Source of the DNA: Eledone cirrhosa
Taxonomy: Eukaryota
Length of the DNA stretch: 64,000 nucleotides
Reading direction: 5' to 3'
NCBI GenBank assembly: GCA_964016885.1
Contig: OZ024743.1
Coordinates: 130,944,001-131,008,000, forward strand
Part shown: piece by piece, positions 22,201 to 33,500 of the stretch
How positions within the stretch are numbered: the first letter of the stretch is position 1
Layout: every line of letters begins with the position of its first letter
The notes under the pieces: model-generated
What the model was told of the DNA's origin: nothing
Database searches by the model: none
The model's input: only the letters and a program-made list of their open reading frames with translations
Program-made: the position numbers and the translations under genes

Positions 22201-25200
22201 TTGGTTCTTTGTGTTTGGTGTTTGGTGCTTGGTGCTTGGTGCTTGGTGTTAGGTGTTTGGTGCTTGGTGCTTGGTGATTGGTGTTTGGTCCTTGGTGCTT
22301 GGTGTTTAGTGCTTGGTGCTTGGTGTTTGTTGTTTGGTGCTTTCTGCTTGCTGCTTGGCGTTTGGTGCTTGGTGCTTGGTGCTTGGTGTTTGGTGTTTGG
22401 TGCTAGGTGCTTGGTGTTTGGTGTTTGGTGTTTGATGCTTGGTGTTTTGTGCTTGGTGCTTGGGGCTTGGTGTTTAGTGCTTGGTGCTTGGTGCTTGGTG
22501 TTTGGTGCTTGGTGCTTGGTGTTTGGTGTTTGGTGTTTGGTGCTTGGTGCTTGGTGTTTGGTGCTTGGTGCTTGGTGCTGGGTGGTTGGTATTTGGTGCT
22601 TGGTGCTTGGTGTTTGGTGCTTGGTGCTTGGTGCTTGGTCTTTGGTGCTTGGTGCTTGGTGCTTGGTCTTTGGTGCTTGGTGTTTGGTGCTTGGTGCTTG
22701 GTGCTTGGTGTTTGGTGCTTGGTGATTAGTGTTTGGTGCTTGGTGCTTGGGGTTTGGTGTTTGGTGCTTGGTACTTGGTGTTTGGTGCTTGGTGTTTGGT
22801 GTTTGCTGTTTGGTGTTTGGTGTTTGCTGTTTGCTGTTTGCTGTTTGCTTTTTGGTGTTTGGTGTTTGCTGTATGGTGTTTGCTGTTTGGTGTTTGGTGT
22901 TTGCTGTTTGGTGTTTGGTGTTTGCTGTTTGGTCTTTGGTGCTTGGTGTTTGGTGCTTGGTGCTTGGTGTTTGGTTTTTGGCGCTTGGTGTTTTATGCTT
23001 GGTGTTTGATGTTTGGTGCTTGGTGCTTGGTGTTTGGTGCTTGGTGCTTGGTGTTTGTACTTGGTGCTTGGTGCTTGGTTCTTGGTGTTTGGTGCTTGGT
23101 GCTTGGTGCTTGGTGCTTGGTGTTTGGTGCTTGGTGCTTGGTGCTTGGTGCTTGGTGTTTGTTGCTTGGTGCTTGGTGCTTGGTGTTTGGTGTTTGGTGT
23201 TTGGCGCTTGGTTTCTGGTGCTTGGTGTTTGGTGTTTGGTGTTTGGTGCTTGGTATTTGGTGTTTGGTGTTTGGTGCTTGGTGTTTGGTGTTTGGTGTTT
23301 GGTGTTTGGTGCTTGTTGCTTGGTGCTTGGTGCTTGGGGTTTGGTGCTTGGTGCTTGGTGTTTGGTGCTGGGTGCTTGGTGTTTGGTGCTTGGTGCTTGG
23401 TGCTTGGTGTTTGGTGTTTGGTGCTTGGTGCTTGGTGCTTGGTGTTTGGTTTTTGGCGCTTGGTGTTTTATGCTTGGTGTTTGATGTTTGGTGCTTGGTG
23501 CTTGGTGTTTGGTGCTTGGTGCTTGGTGTTTGTACTTGGTGCTTGGTGCTTGGTTCTTGGTGTTTGGTGCTTGGTGCTTGGTGCTTGGTGCTTGGTGTTT
23601 GGTGCTTGGTGTTTGGTGCTTGGTGTTTGGTGCTTGGTGCCTGGTGCTTGGTGCTTGGTGTTTGGTGCTTGGTGTTTGGTGCTTGGTATTAGGTGTTTGG
23701 TGCTTGGTGCTTGGTGTTTGGTGTTTGGTGCTTGGTGTTTGGTGCTTGGTGCTTGGTGTTTGGTGTTTGGTGCTTGGTGTTTGGTGCTTGGTACTTGGTG
23801 CTTGGTGCTTGGTGTTAGGTGTTTGGTGCTTGGTGCTTGGTGTTTGGTTTTTGGTGCTTGGTGCTTGGTGTTTGGTGTTTGGTGCTTGCTGCTGGCTGCT
23901 TGGTGTTTGGTGCTTGGTGATTGGTGCTTGGTGTTTGGTGCTAGGTGTTTGGTGTTTGGTACTAGGTGCTTGGTGCTTGGTGTTTGGTGCTTGGTGCTTG
24001 GTGTTTGGTGTTTGGTGCTTGGTGCTTGGTGTTTGGTGCTTGGTGCTGGGTGCTGGGTGGTTGGTGTTTGGTGTTTGGTGTTTGGTGCTGGGTGCTTGGT
24101 GTTTGGTGCTTGGTGCTTGGTCTTTGGTCTTTGGTGTTTGGTGTTTGGTGCTTGGTACTTGGTGCTTGGTGTTTGGTGCTTGGTGCTTGGTGTTTGGTGC
24201 TTGGTGCTTAGTGTTTGGTGCTAGGTGCTTGCGGTTTGGTGTTTGGTGCTTGGTGCTTGGTGTTAGGTGCTTGGTGCTTGGTGTTTGGTGTTTGGTGCTT
24301 GGTGCTTGGTGTTTGGTGTTTGGTGTTTGCTGTTTGGTGTTTGGTGTTTGGTGTTTGCTGTTTGGTGTCTGCTTTTTGGTGTTTGGTGTTGGCTGTATGT
24401 TATTTGCTGTTTGGTGTTTGGTGTTTGGTGTTTGGTGCTTGGTGCTTGGTGTTTGGTGTTTGGTGCTTGGTGCTTGGAGTTTGGTGTTTGGTGCTTGGTG
24501 CTTGGTGTTTTGTGTTTGGTGTTTGGTTTTTGGTGCTTGGTGCTTGGTGCTTGTTGCTTGGTCCTTGGTGTTTGGTGCTTGGTGCTTGGTGTTTGTACTT
24601 GGTGCTTGGTGCTTGGTGTTTGGTTCTTGGTTCTTGGTGTTTGGTACTTGGTGCTTGGTGCTTGGTGCTTGGTGTTTGGTGTTTGGTGCTTGGTGTTTGG
24701 TGCCTGGTGCTTGGTGCTTGGTGTTAGGTGTTTGGTGCTTGGTGCTTGGTGTTTGGTGCTTGGTGTTTGGTGTTTGCTGTTTGGTGTTTGGTGTTTGGTG
24801 TTTGGTGTTTGCTGTTTGGTGTCTGCTTTTTGGTGTTTGGTGTTTGCTGTATGGTGTTTGCTGTTTCGTGTTTGGTGTTTGCTGTTTGGTGTTTGGTGTT
24901 TGCTGTTTGGTGTTTGGTCTTTGGTGCTTGGTGTTTGGTGCTTGGTGCTTGGTGTTTGGTGTTTGGTGCTTGGTGCTTGGTGCTTCGTGTTTGGTGTTTG
25001 GTGCTTGGTGTCTGGAGCTTGGTGTTTGGTGTTTGGTGCTTGGTATTTGGTGTTTGGTGCTTGGTGCTTGGTGTTTGGTGCTTGGTGCTTGGTGTTTGTA
25101 CTTGGTGCTTGGTGCTTGGTGTTTGGTGCTTGGTTCTTGGTGTTTGGTGCTTGGTGTTTGGTGCTTGGTGCTTGGTGTTTGGTGCTTGGTGCTTGGTGTT

Positions 25201-28200
25201 TGGTGTTTGGTGCTTGGTGCTTGGTGCTTGGTGTTTGATGTTTGGTGCTTGGTGCTTGGTGTTTGGTGTTTGGTTCTTGGTGCTTGGTATTTGGTGCTTG
25301 GTGCTTGCTGCTTGGTGTTTGGTGCTTGGTGATTGATGCTTGGTGTTTGATGCTTGGTGCTTGGTGTTTGGTTTTTGGTGCTAGGTGCTTGGTGCTTGGT
25401 GTTTGGTGCTTGGTGTTTGGTGTTTGCTGCTTGGTGCTTGGGGCTTGGTGTTTGGTACTTGGTGCTTGGTGCTTGGTGTTTGGTGCTTGGTGCTTGGTGT
25501 ATGGTGTTTGGTGTTTGGTGCTTGGTGTTTGGTGTTTGGTGCTTGGTGCTTGGTGTTTGTTGCTTGGTACTTGGTTCATGGTGTTTGGTGCTGGGTGCTT
25601 GGTGTTTGGTGCTTGGTGCTTGGTGTTTGGTGTTTGGTGCTTGGTGTTTGGTGTTTGGTGCTTGGTGCTTGGTGTTTGTTTGCTTGGTACTTGGTGCATG
25701 GTGTTTGGTGCTGGGTGCTTGGTGTTTGGTGCTTGGTGTTTGGTGCTTGGTGCTTGGTGTTTGGTGTTTGGTGTTTGATGCTTGGTGTTTGATGCTTGGT
25801 GCTTGGTGCTTGGTGTTTGGTTCTTGGTGTTTGTTCTTGGTGCTTGGTGTTTTGTGCTTGGTTCTTTGTGTTTGGTGTTTGGTGCTTGGTGCTTGGTGCT
25901 TGGTGTTAGGTGTTTGGTGCTTGGTGCTTGGTGATTGGTGTTTGGTCCTTGGTGCTTGGTGTTTAGTGCTTGGTGCTTGGTGTTTGTTGTTTGGTGCTTT
26001 CTGCTTGCTGCTTGGCGTTTGGTGCTTGGTGCTTGGTGCTTGGTGTTTGGTGTTTGGTGCTAGGTGCTTGGTGTTTGGTGTTTGGTGTTTGATGCTTGGT
26101 GTTTTGTGCTTGGTGCTTGGGGCTTGGTGTTTAGTGCTTGGTGCTTGGTGCTTGGTGTTTGGTGCTTGGTGCTTGGTGTTTGGTGTTTGGTGTTTGGTGC
26201 TTGGTGCTTGGTGTTTGGTGCTTGGTGCTTGGTGCTGGGTGGTTGGTATTTGGTGCTTGGTGCTTGGTGTTTGGTGCTTGGTGCTTGGTGCTTGGTCTTT
26301 GGTGCTTGGTGCTTGGTGCTTGGTCTTTGGTGCTTGGTGTTTGGTGCTTGGTGCTTGGTGCTTGGTGTTTGGTGCTTGGTGATTAGTGTTTGGTGCTTGG
26401 TGCTTGGGGTTTGGTGTTTGGTGCTTGGTACTTGGTGTTTGGTGCTTGGTGTTTGGTGTTTGCTGTTTGGTGTTTGGTGTTTGCTGTTTGCTGTTTGCTG
26501 TTTGCTTTTTGGTGTTTGGTGTTTGCTGTATGGTGTTTGCTGTTTGGTGTTTGGTGTTTGCTGTTTGGTGTTTGGTGTTTGCTGTTTGGTCTTTGGTGCT
26601 TGGTGTTTGGTGCTTGGTGCTTGGTGTTTGGTGTTTGGTGCTTGGTGCTTGGTGTTTGGTGTTTGTTGCTTGGTGCTTGGTGCTTGGTGTTTGGTGTTTG
26701 GTGTTTGGCGCTTGGTTTCTGGTGCTTGGTGTTTGGTGTTTGGTGTTTGGTGCTTGGTGTTTGGTGTTTGGTGTTTGGTGCTTGGTGTTTGGTGTTTGGT
26801 GTTTGGTGTTTGGTGCTTGTTGCTTGGTGCTTGGTGCTTGGGGTTTGGTTCTTGGTTCTTGGTGTTTGGTACTTGGTGCTTGGTGTTTGGTGCTGGGTGC
26901 TTGGTGTTTGGTGCTTGGTGCTTGGTGCTTGCTGTTTGGTGTTTGGTGCTTGGTGCTTGGTGTTTGGTGTTTGGTGTTATATGCTTGGTGTTTGATGCTT
27001 GGTGCTTGGTGCTTGGTATTTGGTATTTGGTGCTTGGTGTTTGTACTTGGTGCTTGGTTCTTGGTTCTTGGTGCTTGGTGCTTGGTGCTTGGTGCTTGGT
27101 GCTTGGTGTTTGGTGCTTGGTGTTTGGTGCTTGGTGTTTGGTGCTTGGTGCCTGGTGCTTGGTGCTTGGTGCTTGGTGTTTGGTGCTTGGTGTTTGGTGC
27201 TTGGTGTTAGGTGTTTGGTGCTTGGTGCTTGGTGTTTGGTGTTTGGTGCTTGGTGTTTGGTGCTTGGTGCTTGGTGTTTGGTGTTTGGTGCTTGGTGTTT
27301 GGTGCTTGGTACTTGGTGCTTGGTGCTTGGTGTTAGGTGTTTGGTGCTTGGTGCTTGGTGTTTGGTTTTTGGTGCTTGGTGCTTGGTGTTTGGTGTTTGG
27401 TGCTTGCTGCTGGCTGCTTGGTGTTTGGTGCTTGGTGATTGGTGCTTGGTGTTTGGTGCTTGGTGTTTGGTGTTTGGTACTAGGTGCTTGGTGTTTGGTG
27501 TTTGGTGCTTGGTGCTTGGTGTTTGGTGTTTGGTGTTTGGTGCTTGGTGCTTGGTGCTTGGTGCTGGGTGGTTGGTGTTTGGTGCTTCGTGATTAGTGTT
27601 TGGTGCCAGGTGCTTGGGGTTTAGTGTTTGGTGCTTGGTGCTTGGTGTTTGGTGCTTGGTGTTTGGTGTTTGCTGTTTGGTGTTTGGTGTTTGGTGTTTG
27701 GTGTTTGCTGTTTGGTGTCTGCTTTTTGGTGTTTGGTGTTTGCTGTATGGTGTTTGCTGTTTCGTGTTTGGTGTTTGCTGTTTGGTGTTTGGTGTTTGCT
27801 GTTTGGTGTTTGGTCTTTGGTGCTTGGTGTTTGGTGCTTGGTGCTTGGTGTTTGGTGTTTGGTGCTTGGTGCTTGGTGCTTCGTGTTTGGTGTTTGGTGC
27901 TTGGTGTCTGGAGCTTGGTGTTTGGTGTTTGGTGCTTGGTATTTGGTGTTTGGTGCTTGGTGCTTGGTGTTTGGTGCTTGGTGCTTGGTGTTTGTACTTG
28001 GTGCTTGGTGCTTGGTGTTTGGTGCTTGGTTCTTGGTGTTTGGTGCTTGGTGTTTGGTGCTTGGTGCTTGGTGTTTGGTGCTTGGTGCTTGGTGTTTGGT
28101 GTTTGGTGCTTGGTGCTTGGTGCTTGGTGTTTGATGTTTGGTGCTTGGTGCTTGGTGTTTGGTGTTTGGTTCTTGGTGCTTGGTATTTGGTGCTTGGTGC

Positions 28201-30550
28201 TTGCTGCTTGGTGTTTGGTGCTTGGTGATTGATGCTTGGTGTTTGATGCTTGGTGCTTGGTGTTTGGTTTTTGGTGCTAGGTGCTTGGTGCTTGGTGTTT
28301 GGTGCTTGGTGTTTGGTGTTTGCTGCTTGGTGCTTGGGGCTTGGTGTTTGGTACTTGGTGCTTGGTGCTTGGTGTTTGGTGCTTGGTGCTTGGTGTATGG
28401 TGTTTGGTGTTTGGAGCTTGGTGTTTGGTGTTTGGTGCTTGGTGCTTGGTGTTTGTTGCTTGGTACTTGGTTCATGGTGTTTGGTGCCGGGTGCTTGGTG
28501 TTTGGTGCTTGGTGCTTGGTGTTTGGTGTTTGGTGCTTGGTGTTTGGTGTTTGGTGCTTGGTGCTTGGTGTTTGTTTGCTTGGTACTTGGTGCATGGTGT
28601 TTGGTGCTGGGTGCTTGGTGTTTGGTGCTTGGTGTTTGGTGCTTGGTGCTTGGTGTTTGGTGTTTGGTGTTTGATGCTTGGTGTTTGATGCTTGGTGCTT
28701 GGTGCTTGGTGTTTGGTGCTTGGTGTTTGTACTTGGTGCTTGGTGTTTTGTGCTTGGTTCTTTGTGTTTGGTGTTTGGTGCTTGGTGCTTGGTGCTTGGT
28801 GTTAGGTGTTTGGTGCTTGGTGCTTGGTGTTTGGTGTTTGGTCCTTGGTGCTTGGTGTTTAGTGCTTGGTGCTTGGTGTTTGTTGTTTGGTGCTTTCTGC
28901 TTGCTGCTTGGCGTTTGGTGCTTGGTGCTTGGTGCTTGGTGTTTGGTGTTTGGTGCTAGGTGCTTGGTGTTTGGTGTTTGGTGTTTGATGCTTGGTGTTT
29001 GGTGCTTGGTGTTTGGTGTTTTGTGCTTGGTGCTTGGGGCTTGGTGTTTAGTGCTTGGTGCTTGGTGCTTGGTGTTTGGTGCTTGGTGCTTGGTGTTTGG
29101 TGTTTGGTGTTTGGTGCTTGGTGCTTGGTGTTTGGTGCTTGGTGCTTGGTGCTGGGTGGTTGGTATTTGGTGCTTGGTGCTTGGTGTTTGGTGCTTGGTG
29201 CTTGGTGCTTGGTGTTTGGTGCTTGGTGCTTGGTGCTTGGTCTTTGGTGCTTGGTGTTTGGTGCTTGGTGCTTGGTGCTTGGTGTTTGGTGCTTGGTGAT
29301 TAGTGTTTGGTGCTTGGTGCTTGGGGTTTGGTGTTTGGTGCTTGGTACTTGGTGTTTGGTGCTTGGTGTTTGGTGTTTGCTGTTTGGTGTTTGGTGTTTG
29401 CTGTTTGCTGTTTGCTGTTTGCTTTTTGGTGTTTGGTGTTTGCTGTATGGTGTTTGCTGTTTGGTGTTTGGTGTTTGCTGTTTGGTGTTTGGTGTTTGCT
29501 GTTTGGTCTTTGGTGCTTGGTGTTTGGTGCTTGGTGCTTGGTGTTTGGTGTTTGGTGCTTGGTGCTTGGTGTTTGGTGTTTGTTGCTTGGTGCTTGGTGC
29601 TTGGTGTTTGGTGTTTGGTGTTTGGCGCTTGGTTTCTGGTGCTTGGTGTTTGGTGTTTGGTGTTTGGTGCTTGGTGTTTGGTGTTTGGTGTTTGGTGCTT
29701 GGTGTTTGGTGTTTGGTGTTTGGTGTTTGGTGCTTGTTGCTTGGTGCTTGGTGCTTGGGGTTTGGTTCTTGGTTCTTGGTGTTTGGTACTTGGTGCTTGG
29801 TGTTTGGTGCTGGGTGCTTGGTGTTTGGTGCTTGGTGCTTGGTGCTTGCTGTTTGGTGTTTGGTGCTTGGTGCTTGGTGTTTGGTGTTTGGTGTTATATG
29901 CTTGGTGTTTGATGCTTGGTGCTTGGTGCTTGGTATTTGGTATTTGGTGCTTGGTGTTTGTACTTGGTGCTTGGTTCTTGGTTCTTGGTGCTTGGTGCTT
30001 GGTGCTTGGTGCTTGGTGCTTGGTGTTTGGTGCTTGGTGTTTGGTGCTTGGTGTTTGGTGCTTGGTGCCTGGTGCTTGGTGCTTGGTGCTTGGTGTTTGG
30101 TGCTTGGTGTTTGGTGCTTGGTGTTAGGTGTTTGGTGCTTGGTGCTTGGTGTTTGGTGTTTGGTGCTTGGTGTTTGGTGCTTGGTGCTTGGTGTTTGGTG
30201 TTTGGTGCTTGGTGTTTGGTGCTTGGTACTTGGTGCTTGGTGCTTGTTGTTAGGTGTTTGGTGCTTGGTGCTTGGTGTTTGGTTTTTGGTGCTTGGTGCT
30301 TGGTGTTTGGTGTTTGGTGCTTGCTGCTGGCTGCTTGGTGTTTGGTGCTTGGTGATTGGTGCTTGGTGTTTGGTGCTTGGTGTTTGGTGTTTGGTACTAG
30401 GTGCTTGGTGTTTGGTGTTTGGTGCTTGGTGCTTGGTGTTTGGTGTTTGGTGTTTGGTGCTTGGTGCTTGGTGCTTGGTGCTGGGTGGTTGGTGTTTGGT
30501 GCTTCGTGATTAGTGTTTGGTGCTAGGTGCTTGGGGTTTGGTGTTTGGTG
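13300..30550. repeat. Higher-order repeat domain 1: five copies of a ~2.1-kb block B alternating with ~1.4-kb block X or ~0.8-kb block C (order X B C B X B X B C B C)
   Basis: The same 178-aa ORF starts at 15164, 18053, 21585, 25242 and 28138 (spacings 2889, 3532, 3657, 2896). The 8-bp unit TTGTTTGC lies at ~15598, 18487, 22019, 25676 and 28572. X-type ORFs start at 13923, 20309 and 23966; C-type ORFs at 16942, 26999 and 29916. Confidence 0.88.
19502..26617. repeat. 3657-bp tandem duplication (~19502-22960 and ~23159-26617) with a templated junction patch
   Basis: ORF pairs 19831/23488, 20309/23966, 20606/24263, 21585/25242 and 22729/26386 are offset by 3657. A shared variant TTGGTGA lies at 22271 and 25928. 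3657 = 523x7-4, matching five 6-bp units and one 8-bp unit. Confidence 0.9.
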
Positions 30551-33500
30551 CTTGGTGCTTGGTGTTTGGTGCTTGGTGCTTGGTGTTTGGTGCTTGGTGC
30601 TTGGTGTTTGCTGTTTGCTGTTTGCTGTTTGGTGTTTGTTGTTTGGTGTTTGTTGATTGGTGTTTGCTGTTTGGTGCTTGGTGCTTGGTCTTTGGTGCTT
30701 GGTGTTTGGTGTTTGGTGCTTGGTGCTTTGTGTTTGGTGCTTGGTGATTAGTGTTTGGTGCTTGGTGCTTGGGGTTTGGTGTTTGGTGCTTGGTACTTGG
30801 TGTTTGGTGCTGGGTGTTTGGTGTTTGCTGTTTGGTGTTTGGTGTTTGGTGTTTGCTGTATGGTGTTTGTTGTTTCGTGTTTGGTGTTTGCTGTTTGGTG
30901 TTTGGTGTTTGCTGTTTGGTGTTTGGTCTTTGGTGCTTGGTGTTTGGTGCTTGGTGCTTGGTGTTTGGTGTTTGGTGCTTGGTGTTTGGTGTTTGGTGCT
31001 TGGTGCTTGGTGCTTGGTGTTTGGTGTTTGGTGTTTGGTGCTTGGTGTCTGGTGCTTGGTGTTTGGTGTTTGGTGTTTGGTGCTTGGTGTTTGGTGTTTG
31101 GTGTTTGGTGTTTGGTGCTTGTTGCTTGGTACTTGGTGCTTGGTGTTTGGTGCTTGGTGCTTGGTGTTTGGTGCTGGGTGCTTGGTGTTTGGTGCTTGGT
31201 GCTTGGTGCTTGGTGTTTGGTGTTTGGTGCTTGGTGCTTGGTGCTTGGTGTTTGGTGTTTGGTGCTTGGTGTTTTATGCTTGGTGTTTGATGTTTGGTGC
31301 TTGGTGCTTGGTGTTTGGTGCTTGGTGCTTGGTGTTTGTACTTGGTGCTTGGTGCTTGGTTCTTGGTGTTTGGTGCTTGGTGCATGGTGCTTGGTGCTTG
31401 GTGTTTGGTGCTTGGTGTTTGGTGCTTGGTGTTTGGTGCTTGGTGCCTGGTGCTTGGTGCTTGGTGCTTGGTGTTTGGTGCTTGGTGTTTGGTGCTTGGT
31501 ATTAGGTGTTTGGTGCTTGGTGCTTGGTGTTTGGTGTTTGGTGCTTGGTGTTTGGTGCTTGGTGCTTGGTTTTTGGTGTTTGGTGCTTGGTGTTTGGTGC
31601 TTGGTACTTGGTGCTTGGTGCTTGGTGTTAGGTGTTTGGTGCTTGGTGCTTGGTGTTTGGTTTTTGGTGCTTGGTGCTTGGTGCTTGGTGTTTGGTGCTT
31701 GCTGCTGGCTGCTTGGTGTTTGGTGCTTGGTGATTGGTGCTTGGTGTTTGGTGCTTGGTGTTTGGTGTTTGGTACTAGGTGCTTGGTGCTTGGTGTTTGG
31801 TGCTTGGTGCTTGGTGTTTGGTGTTTGGTGCTTGGTGCTTGGTGTTTGGTGCTTGGTGCTGGGTGCTGGGTGGTTGGTGTTTGGTGTTTGGTGTTTGGTG
31901 CTGGGTGCTTGGTGTTTGGTGCTTGGTGCTTGGTCTTTGGTGTTTGGTGTTTGGTGTTTGGTGCTTGGTGCTTGGTGCTTCGTGTTTGGTGCTTGGTGCT
32001 TGGTGTTTGGTGCTTGGTGCTTATTTTTTGGTGCTAGGTGCTTGGGGTTTGGTGTTTGGTGCTTGGTGCTTGGTGTTTGGTGCTTGGTGCTTGGTGTTTG
32101 GTGTTTGGTGCTTGGTGCTTGGTGTTTGGTGTTTGGTGTTTGATGTTTGGTGTTTGGTGTTTGGTGTTTGCTGTTTGGTGTCTGCTTTTTGGTGTTTGGT
32201 GTTGGCTGTATGTTATTTGCTGTTTGGTGTTTGGTGTTTGGTGTTTAGTGCTTGGTGCTTGGTGTTTGGTGTTTGGTGCTTGGTGCTTGGAATTTGGTGT
32301 TTGGTGCTTGGTGCTTGGTGTTTTGTGTTTGGTGTTTGGTTTTTGGTGCTTGGTGCTTGGTGCTTGTTGCTTGGTCCTTTGTGTTTGGTTCTTGGTGCTT
32401 GGTGTTTGTACTTGGTGCTTGGTGCTTGGTGTTTGGTTCTTGGTTCTTGGTGTTTGGTACTTGGTGCTTGGTGCTTGGTGCTTGGTGTTTGGTGTTTGGT
32501 GTTTGGTGTTTGGTGCTTGGTGCTTGGTGCTTGGTGTTAGGTGTTTGGTGCTTGGTGCTTGGTGTTTGGTGCTTGGTGTTTGGTGTTTGATGTTTGGTGT
32601 TTGGTGTTTGCTGTTTGGTGTCTGCTTTTTGGTGATTGGTGTTTGGTGTATGGTGTTTGCTGTTTCGTGTTTGGTGTTTGCTGTTTGGTGTTTGGTGTTT
32701 GCTGTTTGGTGTTTGGTCTTTGGTGCTTGGTGTTTGGTGCTTGGTGCTTGGTGTTTGGTGTTTGGTGCTTGGTGCTTGGTGCTTCGTGTTTGGTGTTTGG
32801 TGCTTGGTGTCTGGAGCTTGGTGTTTGGTGTTTGGTGCTTGGTGTTTGGTGTTTGGTGCTTGGTGCTTGGTGTTTGGTGCTTGGTGCTTGGTGTTTGGTT
32901 TTTGGTGCTTGGTGCTTGGTGTTTGGTGTTTGGTGCTTGGTGTTTGGTGCTTGGTACTTGGTGCTTGGTGCGTGGTGTTAGGTGTTTGGTGCTTGGTGCT
33001 TGGTGTTTGGTTTTGGTGCTTGGTGCTTGGTGTTTGGTGTTTGGTGCTTGCTGCTGGCTGCTTGGTGTTTGGTGCTTGGTGATTGGTGCTTGGTGTTTGG
33101 TGCTTGGTGTTTGGTGTTTGGTACTAGGTGCTTGGTGTTTGGTGTTTGGTGCTTGGTGCTTGGTGTTTGGTGTTTGGTGTTTGGTGCTTGGTGCTTGGTG
33201 CTTGGTGCTGGGTGGTTGGTGTTTGGTGCTTCGTGATTAGTGTTTGGTGCTAGGTGCTTGGGGTTTGGTGTTTGGTGCTTGGTGCTTGGTGTTTGGTGCT
33301 TGGTGCTTGGTGTTTGGTGCTTGGTGCTTGGTGTTTGCTGTTTGCTGTTTGCTGTTTGGTGTTTGTTGTTTGGTGTTTGTTGATTGGTGTTTGCTGTTTG
33401 GTGCTTGGTGCTTGGTCTTTGGTGCTTGGTGTTTGGTGTTTGGTGCTTGGTGCTTTGTGTTTGGTGCTTGGTGATTAGTGTTTGGTGCTTGGTGCTTGGG

